The position numbers and the translations under genes are program-made. The notes under the pieces were generated by a model. That model had not been told where the DNA came from, did no database searches, and saw only the letters and a program-made list of their open reading frames with translations. This document shows positions 35,336-48,188 of a stretch of DNA of 64,000 nt, in pieces; position 1 is the stretch's first letter; each line of letters opens with the position of its first letter. Source of the stretch: Mytilus californianus (taxonomy: Eukaryota). Where the stretch lies: NCBI RefSeq assembly GCF_021869535.1, contig NW_026262679.1:37448001-37512000 (forward strand), in the 5' to 3' direction.

Positions 35336-36168
35336 TTTTTGTCGAGCCTTCGACTTTTGTCGAAAAAGCGAGACATAGCGATCCTATATTCACTCTGTGG
35401 TTAAAGTTTTTGAAATTTTAATAACTTTCTTAAACTAACCTGGATTTCTACCAAACTTGGACAGAAGCTTGTTTATGATCATAAGATAATATCCAGAAGT
35501 AAATTTTGTAAAAAAAAATTCTATTTTTTCCGTATTTTATTTATAAATGGACTTAGTTTTTCTGCCAGGAAACATTACATTCACTCTGTGGTTAAAGTTT
35601 TTGAAATTTTAATAACTTTCTTAAACTATCCTGGATTTCTACCAAACTTGGAACGAAGCTTGCTTATGATCATAAGATAGTATCCAGAAGTAAATTTTGT
35701 AAAAAAAAATCATTTTTTCAGTATTTTACTTATAAATGGACTTAGTTTTTCTGCCAGTTAACATTACATTCACTCTGTGGTTAAAGTTTTTAAAATATTA
35801 ACAACTTTCTTAAACTATCTTGGATTTGTACCAAACTTGGAAAGAAGCTTGTTTATGATTAAAAGCTAGTATCTAGAAGGAAATTTTGTTAAAATTTTGT
35901 TCCATTTTTTCCGTTTTATTACTTATAAATGGACTTAGTTTTTCTTCCAGTTAACATTACATACAGTCTGCAGTTTAATTTTATAAAACATTTATTAGAT
36001 TCATAAACTATCCTGGATTTTTACCAAACTTGGACAGAAGCTACTTACAATCAAAAGATAGTATAGAGAGGAATATTTTTATTAATTTTTTTCCTCATTT
36101 TTGTTGAGCCTGCGATTAACAGCAAAAGTAGGCGAGACACTGGGTTCCGCGGAACCCTTAAGAATTTT
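35336..36168 (+). mobile_element. Helentron/HINE-like element (same family as 29411-30230), just downstream of the TM6SF1 stop codon
   Basis: Same termini and ~190-200-bp internal units at about 35391, 35582 and 35791. Confidence 0.75.
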
Positions 36169-38503
36169 TTTATATTGTAGTTAGTTGTTTTCTTTAGTTG
36201 TGGTAATTTTTTGCATGGGACTAGCCTATACTTATGAATGAAGATTTCATTTGTAGTTGACATTTATTTTGTATTAGGAAGTTGTGACTTCAAAACAAAT
36301 CTTAGAGACTGATACTTTTCTTCTTTTGAAAATAAAGGCCAATGGTAAATTTTGGCTGATTTTTAAATTTAATCCAGAAAACGAAAATAAAAATAGCTTT
36401 TGCAGTTTTAATATTCTTCTAATTACTTTTATTAAGATTTAAATATGATTTTCTATATTCTTTTTAAACATATGAAAATATGGAATTGGAAAAAAGCTAA
36501 ATGTTAAATCTATTTATAACAAATACGTTTTTTTTTTTAAATGTGAAATGAAATATATAAATACCATGTATTATGATATGGATAGTAGAGATATTAGATA
36601 TAGTATATCATAAGACTATAAAAGTGTTATTGATGCTGAAATCCTGGTACTATGTGTCAAATTTATCATACATGCAGTATGATATTTTCATATTTTAATT
36701 TTACAAATGTTGGAATTGAAACAAACAATACTCTTACTTATAATTATGTATTTTTAAAAAAACTTGATGATAAGAATATGAAGACAATCACAATAAATTT
36801 GATTATTAGATGAATACATAGTATATATTATTGCTCATTTGAAGAATGCATGACATATCCCTGTGCAATCAAGGAAAAGATTGGGTTTCTTGAAAACATT
36901 ATTTTTTAATATGTGCCAAATACATATTTTATGACCATTTTATGCATAAAAAGTCAATAGTTAATCATAAATGCACATAAGACTTAAAATTTTAAAAATT
37001 TTAACCATTTATTTCATCACCATTTTTTTTAACCAATAAAGTTTGCTACAAGAATGTACTTTCTTCAGTTGTTATTGATTATTGTGTTGAAAGATTGTGT
37101 TACTCTTAGAATTACGGAAAGAAAATGTTTTTTAAAGAAGTTAGTAGTATGTGTTAACTGATGGTTTATGAATCCATCTAAATATCTTAAGGTATTGTTA
37201 AAAATATCTTTCATATGGTCTCCATTGGAATACCAATCATATGAAGTTATACTTTATCTCTAAAATGAGCATTAATATTATCAAGCAAAAACAGTAATTT
37301 TCTAATCATTTCTATATCTGTCCAATAAGTGCATTTCTGGAATGTTTTATCACTGGAAAGGGAATGTAAAACAACTCCAGCACATAAACTCAAATAAACA
37401 GAAAACCAATTGATTGAATCACACAATTTCTGATTGATAAGATCATTTGGTAATGAAGTAAACCCAAATAGAGGAGTCAATAGAGACAAACCGACTTTTG
37501 ATGGAATATTTCTTGTCTTACCCAAAAATGTGGGTGTTTTTTTACAATGCATAGATAGTTAATACAACCACTATTAAGTTCAGCTATGGCACAATATTTA
37601 TCAACTAAGGGTTATTAAAATAACTAACTCTACGGTTGTAAAAGTGCAGGCGTCTTGAGGAAACGTGGTTGAACAATTAATTGATGCAGATATAACAGGA
37701 AATTTATCTCTTGGTTTCTCTTGATATTAAGAAGAAAAATTATAATGAAAATACCGAATTCCAAGGTAAATTCAAAAAGGGGAAGTTCATAAAAACTGAC
37801 AAAATCAAACGAAGTCAACACAAATTTGGAACCTTGTGATATACTTGTTAAAATGTATTCATCTTCAATGCAATCTTATTATATACTACAAAGATTGTTT
37901 ATAGGATGACACTGAAATTATATAAAGATACAGCAATAGTTCAATCAGTTCAAAGAATGCATCCAGTATTCATAAACCTGGTAGAATGCTATATGTGGTC
38001 TTGTTTGATTTCACTTTTTATTCTTTGGTCTTGAAAAGGTAATGTATGGATTCTGCTTCAAATGAATACAAAACAAGTAGGCCAATTTGATTGCACAATT
38101 AGAACCCATTTTGGATGATGGCTGATAAATTGTAGGTTTCCAAAGCACTTTTATGGATTTACAGTCATTGGGAGTGCTCACAGCCATGGATTTATAAGTA
38201 CCGAAATACATGAAGAGATATATGACCAAAAGGGACAGAAAAATAATAGCCAAATAACCTAAGGTCTACTTTGCATGAGGAAGTTGAAACCTTAGTTTCT
38301 TAATAATTAATGAATTTATATACAGATAATTGAAGAAAGGTATGTTATTAATCATATCAGTACTTAAGCACTGACTAATGAACTGATGATAATCTCTGGG
38401 ATTAATAGTCTACAACACTCCACAACATTTTCAACATTTTGAATGTATCGTCCTCCGTGCATCTTGTTGATTGAACAAAACAAATTTTGTTTTACAATTT
38501 CTA

Positions 38504-39575
38504 TTTTTATGCCCCCGCCGTAGCGGAGGGGGCATTAAGTTTTACCCTTGTCCGTCTGTACGTACGTACTTCCGTCCGTACGTCCCGAAATTGGTTTCCG
38601 TTCTCTAACTTTAGTTTGCCTCAACCAAATGCTATGAAACTTATACACAATGCTTATTACCACAAAACACAGATCAAGTTTGAATTTTGGTGGCGTCACT
38701 TTAACCGATCTAGAGTTATGCCCCTTTATAAAAGGAAATATTGCAAAATATTTAGTTTCCGTTCTCTAACTTAATTTTGCCTCAACCAAATGTTATGAAA
38801 CTTATACACAATGCTTATTACCACAAAACACAGATCAAGTTTGAATTTTGGTGGTGTCACTTTAACCGATCTAGAGTTATGCCCCTTTATAAAAGGAAAA
38901 ATTGCTAAATTTTTATTTTCTTCTAAATATCAAGTTTATATAATATATTTTTAAAATTGGAGTTATCTTCCTTTGACCATGATTATAGTTGAATCAACTA
39001 CAATCAATGCTTTATACAATGCAATGTTTAATTTAGACTTCCACTGATAAAACACAGATCAAGTTGAATTTGGGTAGTGTCACTTTAACCATTATTGAGT
39101 TATGCCCCTTTATAAATAGAAAGATTGCAAAATTTTTTAGTTTCCATTCTGTAACTGAAGTTTTCCTCAGCCAAACATTACGAAACCTATACACAATATT
39201 CATTACCACAAAACTCAGTAAGGATCAAGTACAATTTTTTTGTTTCAGTTCTCTAACTTGAGTTTGCCTCAACCAAATGTTATGAAACTTATACACAATG
39301 CTTATTACTACATAATACAGATTAAGTACGAAATTAGGTGGCAACACTTTTACCATTCTAGAGTTATGTCCCTTTATAAACATAAAAATTGCTGATTTTT
39401 TTTAGTTTGTCTCAACCAAATGTTGTAAAACTTATACACAATGCTTATTACCACAAAACTCAGATCAAGTTCAAATTTGGGTAGCGTCACTTTTACCGTT
39501 CTTCAGTTATGTCCCTTTATAACTATATGATATGCAAGCGGGGGCATCATCTGTGTCCACATGTGGACACTATCC
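38504..39575 (+). mobile_element. Helentron/HINE-like element with about 6 internal tandem core repeats
   Basis: Same termini as 1170-1437; repeated core cctcaaccaaatg...cttatacacaatgcttattaccacaaaac(a/t)cagatcaag... Confidence 0.75.
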
Positions 39576-39721
39576 ACATTTATTGTAGTATCTTTTAATT
39601 GAGCTTGTTGGATAGTAGTGGAGTAGGTCTTCAGAATTTTTAAGAATCCACAACTGATAAACACCACAAGGTTAATAACCTCATCACAATACTTTTCAAG
39701 ACCATTTGTTTCTGTAGAAAG

Positions 39722-40710
39722 TAGGGATGTCAACGAGTACTTGAGTACTGGAGTATCGCTCGGTAGTACCGAGTATCGAATACCAAAATGATACTCGACT
39801 AATCGGTTTCCTGATAGAATGTTGTTGCTTTTTTAAGCTTCCACAAAAACATATGTTTATTGAGAGCGCCGGCCTCCCGGAAAATTAAATGTTTACTTAA
39901 TTAGAATTAATTAAAAATTAAAATTTGATTCGAATGTTTGCGTTTAACTGTCATTTAAAATTCCTCCAAAGAGAGGTAGACTATGAAAAAGTGCATTTTT
40001 CCAAGGCTTACACTTTTAGCTAATTAATCTTAGTCATTATCCCATCCTGTATCGTCAGAGCATATATTTTCATCAGCAGGACTGTTAGTTATCTAACAAA
40101 TTTGAGAAATCGCCTCGTCCCAGAAAAAGTTGACAAGATAACACTTTTAAATAAGAACATATCCGTTGCACCCTGTGTCATGTGTGTCGACCCTCAGAAA
40201 ATGATTAAAGGCATCAGTTAGTTATAATCATCACCCCTTTGTTGATCATTAAATGTGTTTTTACGGTTCCCAAATACTGTTGTTTGAGTAATCAATTTTC
40301 TATAGATATTGATTAATTACCTGATTAGGTTATTGCCAGTTTACATAATTAGTACATGTAATCAGAGACATATATATGTCTCTGATGTAGTAAATGAGCT
40401 ATTAATTATAGTATAAAATGCCTTGGACTATTATCTAGTCTAGGTAATAATGTTGAGGGTTTTACGTTCATAAGACAACGACCCACAATATATAAAATGG
40501 TAAGTTAGTAAGTAAGTAAATTTTATTTAAAGTCGGCATATATATACATAATAACAGACAAAACATGAGCTCTGGTGAGCTCTTTAACCGACTAATGAAA
40601 TAGTTGTGTGTTTCCATTTTGTAAATGTTTTACCGAGCGAGTACTCGAGTATCGCTCGGTAACTCCTACGAGTACTCGATTAGTAAATCTTCACCGAGTT
40701 GACATCCCTA
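39722..40710. mobile_element. 989-bp non-autonomous hAT-type element
   Basis: TIR TAGGGATGTCAAC / GTTGACATCCCTA; exact 8-bp TSD GTAGAAAG at 39714-39721 and 40711-40718; subterminal CGAGTA(C/T) repeats at both ends. Confidence 0.9.
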
Positions 40711-41859
40711 GTAGAAAGTATCTTAAAATGACGTTTAGTGGAACATCTAGACGAGCCTGCTAAATATTGTTTATACAGATATTGTGAAGTTTGTGGAGTA
40801 ATATATTAAGAAGAGACATTTTCATCCTCTTATTTAAAGTTTATACCCAAGGAGGAAAAGGCGGATGTGTGGCTTTTTTCAAATTTCATCTTTTGTAAGT
40901 GATGTAGGTGTATAAGTGGAGTTCCAAAATTTGCTGTTAATTTGAATTTTTTTAGGTTGACAATCCAAACACAATATTGTTTGAGGCCTTTTCTGCTGGA
41001 TCAACAATGTATTTTCCTAAATAGATGATAACACATCCAGTATCTCGGACTTCTTGAAAGAACAAGAGACACATACTCATAAGAACATCGCAGTTTTTGA
41101 GGGGGGATATCAACAAAGATACCAGGCTTACTAGATGCGAATATCGTCGACAAAAGACTCAGCAGTGGCGCAGGAATCAAAACAGTTAGAAGGCCAAATC
41201 AAATACAAAATCAAAAAATACATTGAACACTACAAAAAATCCAAAAAAGTTGTACCAAAAATGGCGAAGGCCATCTATGCCTTGGGTAGAAAAACCTCAG
41301 TGTTTCGAATAATTCTACATTTTATATACAGTAAAAGTACAGGGAAAAGGCCGCATTAATGATAATTCAGTTCAACACAGGAATGGTGACCACTGAGCTA
41401 GTGATACAATTACCCCCTTCCCCCGGGAAGACACAGTCCACCAGCAGTTGCATCGACTCTGTGGATGTAAAAACTCCCCAAAGTCTTTTGAACGATGAAT
41501 TGCCCCGTTTAATGAGAGTTGTCACTAGCTTTGTCTTTTTTCAAGGTCCTTGCTCCTAATTCAACACGTGATAATATCTTCGAACATTTGTGTCCTCTTC
41601 TGTCATCTCTATTGGTCTTTGGAATGTAATCTGTTTATACATATGTTTAATGTCTTTCCCTTTCTCTAAACAATGATTCGTTCCACGTTTTCTTCTGTCT
41701 GCATTGTGTAAATGATTAGCTCATTAGCAAAGACCCTTTCGTCAGAGCACTGGATTTAGTTGTAAAAGCTAAAATGAAAAAGTAAGGAGTTATCTCCCTG
41801 ATTTCTTGATCTTTTGAACTGCACAATGCATTGAATACTATATTAATGCATAATCTGCC

Positions 41860-43330
41860 CTTGAATTTTTACTTGATAACATTTTTGTTCGCTTTGGAGA
41901 TTCCGTATATCGTCAAGTTATCGCAATTCCAATGGGGACTAACTGTGCACCACTTATTGCGGACCTGTTTTTGTATTGTTATGTGTTACAATTTATGACT
42001 AAAATCAGCAAAGACCCATCGAAACAACATCTGATACAAAAATTTAACAATACTTTTAGATATTTGGATGATATATTGGCTCTCAATAATGACGACTTCA
42101 GTATGTATACTAAAGAAATTTATCCTGTTGAACTTACTTTAAATAAAGCTAATACTAACAATGACCACTGTCCTTTCCTCGATCTTGATATCTATATCAT
42201 TAACGGGAAGCTTAATACAAAAATGTATGATAAAAGAGATGATTTTTCATTTCCTATCGTTAATTATCCATTTTTAGATGGTGACGTTCCCTTGTCACCA
42301 TCTTATGGTGTTTATATATCTCAACTTGTACGATTCGCTCGTGTATGTGACAACGTATTAGATTTTAGCGAGAGAAATTTATGTATTACTGAAAAATTAT
42401 TACACCAGGGTTTTCGATATCATAAACTAGTCAAAACATTTACTAAATTTTATCATCGGTATAAGGACATCATTCGTAAATATAACTCAACATGCAGACA
42501 TCTTATACGTTCGGGTATTTCACATCCAATCTTTTATGGTAATATTCTTTACAAAGCACAAAAATGTCAGTATTCACCTCAAATCTAACGAAACCTTTAA
42601 ACAGACTTATTAAGAAGGGATATAGTTACGATACTGTTGTCAGGTCATTAAAGATTGCATATTTTGGCTTTAATATTGATTCACTTATAGGGTCTTTGCA
42701 TCGGAATTAAACACATTTATTCTAAAACCAATTGTTGGCATGACACGGGTTATGTTCTTCTTATATATTTTATGACGGTATAATACTAAACCCCTAACAG
42801 GAGGGATTGTGCCTGATATTCATATGATGAAGACATAATCTTTCAATCAGTTAAATTGAGGTCTGGAGCTGGCATGTCAGTAACTGCAAGTAGTCTGTTG
42901 TTATTTATGTATTATTGTCATTTTGTTTATTTTCTTTTGTTTCCTATTCTGACATCGGACTCGGACTTCTCTTAAACTGAGTTTTACTGTGCGTACTGTT
43001 GTGCGTTTGTTTTTTCTACATTGGTTAGAGGTTTAGGGGAGGGTTGAGATCTCAAAAAACATGTTTAACCCCGCCGCATATTTGCGCCTGTCCCAAGTCA
43101 GGAGCCTCTGGCCTTTGTTAGTCTTGTATCATTTTAAAATTTAGTTTCCTGTGTATAATTTGGAGTTTAGTATGACGTCCATTATCACTGAACTAGTATA
43201 CATATTTGTTTAGGGACCAGCTGAAGGACGCCTCCGGATGCGTGAGTTTCTCGCTGCATTGAAGACCCATTGGTGGCCTTCGACTGTTGTCTGCTCTATG
43301 GTCGGGTTGTTGTCTCTTTGACACATTCCC
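41860..43330 (+). mobile_element. 5'-truncated Penelope-like retroelement (RT C-terminal half plus 3' region)
   Basis: LDNIFVRFG...IPMGTNCAP...FRYLDD...FLDL...YDKRDDF...YGVYISQL (ORF 41932-42588). No GIY-YIG follows the RT. A long 3' tail contains the cctgtcccaagtcaggagcc repeat domain. Confidence 0.85.
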
Positions 43331-44314
43331 CATTTCCATTCTCAATTTTATAATATATAAAATTACTGCATTGACGAATGAAAAAAAGGTAAAAGAAAGT
43401 AAACATCGTCTTCGAAATTAACAACACATGTTCTCTCTGTCTATCCGAAGTATGAAACCGTATGACTATACATAAATTCAACTAACAGATCATGAATTAC
43501 GTAGTTGCATTTAGAGCATTTACATTGACTCTCAGTATAATACTTGTATCTTTAATATTCAGATTGAAAATAAATTCTGGACATTCACTTATCAATGATA
43601 ATACTTTGTAAATGGTTCACATCATTGCTGTTTAAAGATCACATATCTGATATTTTCCGGAATTTGAACTAACTGCTTTCCTCGACCGAACACTTTTTTT
43701 TTGGTAAAATAAGTAAATCCGCCTTGTTTTCAAACCCAAGTGCTTATCATGCTGGAATTATTTCTTTTGTTTTATTTGTGGAGAAACGAGTTTCCATTTC
43801 TGAATTATGGATATGATACAAATCGACATGATAAATAGAAAAAAAATTGTAGGTATACATCTGAATCAAGAATTTGTACGTTCGAACATATGTTAATTAT
43901 AACATGTATTTAGTTAGCTCAAGAGTTCAGTTTCACAACTGTTTAAATATCCGTTTTTATGAAACTGTAAACAATTGTTTTTCACTTATTTTCAATAGTC
44001 TTCGATCTATTTTCTAATATGAACAAAAGGATGGGGATATCTTTCAAATGGAATTTTATATCACTTTCCCAGTAACAGGACATTTTTCTCTTTACTTTTG
44101 AATTAAACTAAAAAAGAAGGTATTCAAAAGTCATCCCTGATGAACGAAAGGCAAAGCGTATTTCTTTCACTGTTTTCTTTTTAAAGATAAAATCATATTC
44201 GTTCATGTACATCTTCAACATCATATTATGTTTCACTTACATGCATCAAATCATCACAGATAAGTTAAGCATATCTTACAAAGAATTATGTGTCAGGCGA
44301 AGTTAAATCAATAT

Positions 44315-45544
44315 AGTATATATAGAATAATGGCATTTTTGTTTTTGATACCGACTTTATCTGCAAGAATATCAAGCAAGCCCACTATAATTTCCATTAT
44401 ACGACGATTCTAGAAAAGATTTATTTGATGAAGCAAAGCATTTTAAATTTGATTTTAAGTCTTTTAAGGATTAATATTAATTAGTTCTTTTAATTACTGA
44501 TATTAATATGATACGTTGCAGATTCCAAATCATGTTATCTTATCTTAAATTAACGTAGAAATATTTTATACAATATATATATACTAATTTTTTTTTGCAA
44601 TGACCTTATGTTACAGTCTCTTATTATCCTCCAAAGAATAAATGTTATCTATCTAATATCATCATTGGACACTTTATGTAATGTTGTTTTGTTTACTATT
44701 GAGAGGTGAGATCTAAATGATGTATTGAACTGAATTGAATATATCATAACTGGGGACATTTCTAACTTATTCTTCCGATTTGTCACACTGACTTCCAAAA
44801 TACTTATTGTTTTTTTATTTATCCATTGGATGAATTATCAAAACATCTAATAAACACACCATTTGACAAAAATATTCCTAACACGCATTTATTACAAATA
44901 TGTTTTTGACGTCTCCTTCATTGTCATTTATCAGTATATATAGAATAATGGCATTTTTGTTTTTGATACCGACTTTATCTGCAAGAATATCAAACAAGCC
45001 CACTATAATTTCCATTATGCGACGATTTTCAACAAGATTTATTTGATGAAGCAAAGCATTTTAAATTTGATTTTAAGTCTTTTAATGATTAATATTAATT
45101 AGTTCTTTTAATTACTGATATTAATATGATACGTTGCAGATTCCAAATCATGTTATCTTATCTTAAATTAACGTAGAAATATTTTATACAATATATATAT
45201 ACTAAATATTTTTTGCAATGACCTTATGTTACAGTCTCTTATTATCCTTCAAAGAATAAATGTTATCTATCTAATATCATCATTGTACACTTTATGTAAT
45301 GTTGTTCTGTTTACTATTGAGATTTAAATGATGTATTGAACTGAATTGAATATATCATAACTGGGGACATTTCTAACTTATTCTTCCGATTTGTCACACT
45401 GACTTCCAAAATACTTATTGTTTTTTTATTTATCCATTGGATGAATTATAAAAACATCTAATAAACACACCCTTTGACAAAAATATTCCTAACACGCATT
45501 TATTACAAATATGTTTTTGACGTCTCCTTCATTGTCATTTATCA
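44315..45544 (+). repeat. Direct tandem duplication, units of 618 and 612 bp
   Basis: agtatatatagaataatggcatttttg...ttgtcatttatca occurs at 44315-44932 and 44933-45544, differing by scattered substitutions and a short indel. Confidence 0.92.
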
Positions 45545-45870
45545 ACTTATTCTGTCTTATTTTTCAATTAGTTTAATTTCAAGTTGTAACTTTTCATGTT
45601 AGGAGAACATTTCTTTCGTTTATGGAATAGTTTTATGTAAATTATAGGTACCAGACCTTTGAATCTCATGGGTATTTATAAATACTGAAATATAATAAGT
45701 TCAAAGTCAAAAATGATATTTTATGTTGCCATATTTCATTAGTCTTTTACTTCGACTGGACCGGTACCTCTGTTGTTGGACCATCAATCCCCGAAGGTAC
45801 CATTCACTCAGCAGGCTCGGTAGGTACTGACATAATTTAAACGATACATTGTGTTTATATACATTGTATA

Positions 45871-46008
45871 TAGTCAAACCTGCTATAAAAGTCACCTCTA
45901 TTTAGCAAAAAACTGCCTTGCCAGGTCACCCTCTTCTCTTCCCACTGTAGTAATACCTATGCATTTGAACCTCATTCCAAGTGTGAGCTTTATATACAGG
46001 TTTGACTG
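45871..46008. mobile_element. Short Tc1/mariner-type MITE
   Basis: ta|TAGTCAAACCTG...CAGGTTTGACTG|ta; TA TSD. Confidence 0.65.
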
Positions 46009-46889
46009 TAAGTAATATGATATAAAAAAAATGTAATTAAAATGTACAATTATATATTGGAGACAATAGGTCGCCTCTCCCTTTTTTTTTTATAAAATTG
46101 TAATAAACTATTTATATAAGTATAAACGTCCGACCTTTGTTATATTTATATTCATTTGATGGTTACAGGAAATATCAATTAAAGTAGAGATCCGGGGAAA
46201 TATATAAAAGCCATGCTTGAACCATAATTGCTTGTTCCTATTCAACGTCCTGTTTCACTTTTAAGACATATAAAATGATATGGTTTCCCATCGCACAGCA
46301 CGGAACTAAAATTTTTGAAGTCCAAATTTATAAATCATGTTAGAGTGTAAAAAATCCGTTCAACCTTAGTTTTAACACAGTAAAATAATTTTGAGAAATA
46401 GATATATATATATAAACGTTTGTCGTGGTAACTTTAATCAAAATATTTCCCCCTGAAACCAGTGACCAATTTCAAAATTAAATATTTATGTTTTTAAGTT
46501 CTTGCCAACAAACCAACATTACCGACTTGGCCAAAATAGAACATCAGGTTTAAATGTCTAATATTGTTTTGCAATATTTGTCAACTTTTATGAAAGCTAT
46601 AACAGTTAGACAGGAACTGTAAACAATGAATATTATCAGCAATACAGGAGTTGAAAAATTGTCGAATTACAGAAACCATCTATTAATTACTTGATAGACT
46701 AATAACCCTACATACACAGTTTTTGACATTTTGACTTAAAGACCACAAGAACTGAAAACGGGAAAATATGTCAACAGAACAAGATCTACAAATATTCCAT
46801 TATGGGTTTACTATCACATGTCTCTTTTTAAAAAACATTTCTTTTGAGGGACATTTCTAAGTTCTTGTTTATTTTCTTGAAAACTATGA

Positions 46890-48010
46890 TAACTAGACAG
46901 GATTGTAAACATAATATCAAAATAAGAAGATGTGGTATGATTGCCAATGTGAGAAAACTCTCCACCAGAGACCAAATGACATAGAAAATAACAACTATAA
47001 GTCACCGTACGGCTTTCCAACAATGAGTAAAACACATACCGCATAGTCAGCTATAAAAGGCACGAAATGACAAATGTAAAACAATTCAAACGAGAAAATT
47101 TTAAAAAGGCCTGATTTATGTAAAAATCAATGAACCAAATACAAATACGATATAAAGCAACAAACGAAAACCACCGAATTACAGGCTCCTGGCTTGGGAC
47201 AGGCACATACAGAATGTGTCGGGGTTAAACATGTTAGCGGTGACCTAACCCTCACCCTAACCTGGGACAGTGGCGTAATAGCACAACATGAGAACAAACT
47301 ATAAAATCAGTTGAAAAAGGCCTAACTCATCAGATCCATACAAATGCAGAAAAACAAGTAACAAAAATACATACCGGACGTAGCAGGTAATCTATGAATC
47401 ACAACAACAACAAAAAAGACACTTAGTACAGATCTGAAAGTACTTGCAGTTACTGACAGCTAGTTCAAAGCCAATAACAACTAATAAAACAATTCTGTAT
47501 CTTAGACTAAAATAGCAATCAGTACACATCCAATGGATTTTAGTGTTAAGACGTCATTGACAGTAAGAGAAAAACACGACTTTGTGCAATGCCAAAATAC
47601 TGGTATCGACAGATTGTAGAACTATGAATGTGCATATGTATCTGTATATAACAATAATATTAGTTTGGTTTTAATTTCCTGATAACAAAATCAATATTTA
47701 TACAAATAAAACAATATTCAAAGATCTAGTGAGAGTGTTGAATTAGCAACCTTTTAAAATAAGTTTACTTAAAGGATCGATAAGTTTACCCAGATCGTAT
47801 CTAAATTTACGGGCTTGGTAAACAACAGCTCCGTAAAAAATAGGATGTGCTATCCTATCCCGTTTAAATTAAGTTCTCTACACTGTTTAGCCAAACTTCC
47901 AAACTAGATATTTGTATCTATGTGAAAATTTAGTAAAAGTTTTAAGTAATTTTTGGTAACGGAATCCATGACTTAATAATTTACCAGTAATACATAGAAT
48001 ACGTTCATTA
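46890..48010 (-). mobile_element. Decayed Penelope-like 3' fragment plus tail
   Basis: The minus strand of 47700-48010 translates to ERILCITGKLLSHGFRYQKLLKTFTKF...HPIFYG (with stops), homologous to 42370-42560. It is followed by the same tail family. Confidence 0.7.
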
Positions 48011-48142
48011 TTTTCAAAATTTTATAACAGCAAATTTGTTATCTTTGATTATATTCGCTCTTTTGAGAAAACCTGTCGGAATTTTGAATCCTCAATTCTC
48101 TTCAAATTCGTACTTTATTTGGCCTTTTTAGCTTTATTGATT

Positions 48143-48188
48143 CGAGCGTCACTGATGAGTCTTTTGTAGACAAAACGAGCGTCTGGCC
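48143..48188 (+). ncRNA. Degenerate minimal type I hammerhead ribozyme
   Basis: gcgtca-CTGATGA-gtct(tttgt)agac-AAAA-cgagc-GTC-tggc; stems I and II can pair; GAAA is mutated to AAAA. Confidence 0.7.

Noticed and set aside
37247-38253. Minus-strand ORFs of 101 and 80 aa
   Set aside because: No recognisable domain, no consistent splice framework, and stops in adjacent frames.
38487-38774. 95-aa ORF similar to the ORF at 1139-1348
   Set aside because: Both are readings of the same HINE repeat family, not paralogous genes.
44130-44152. CTGATGAacGAAA hammerhead-like string
   Set aside because: There is no stem II between the core motifs and no pairing stems I or III.
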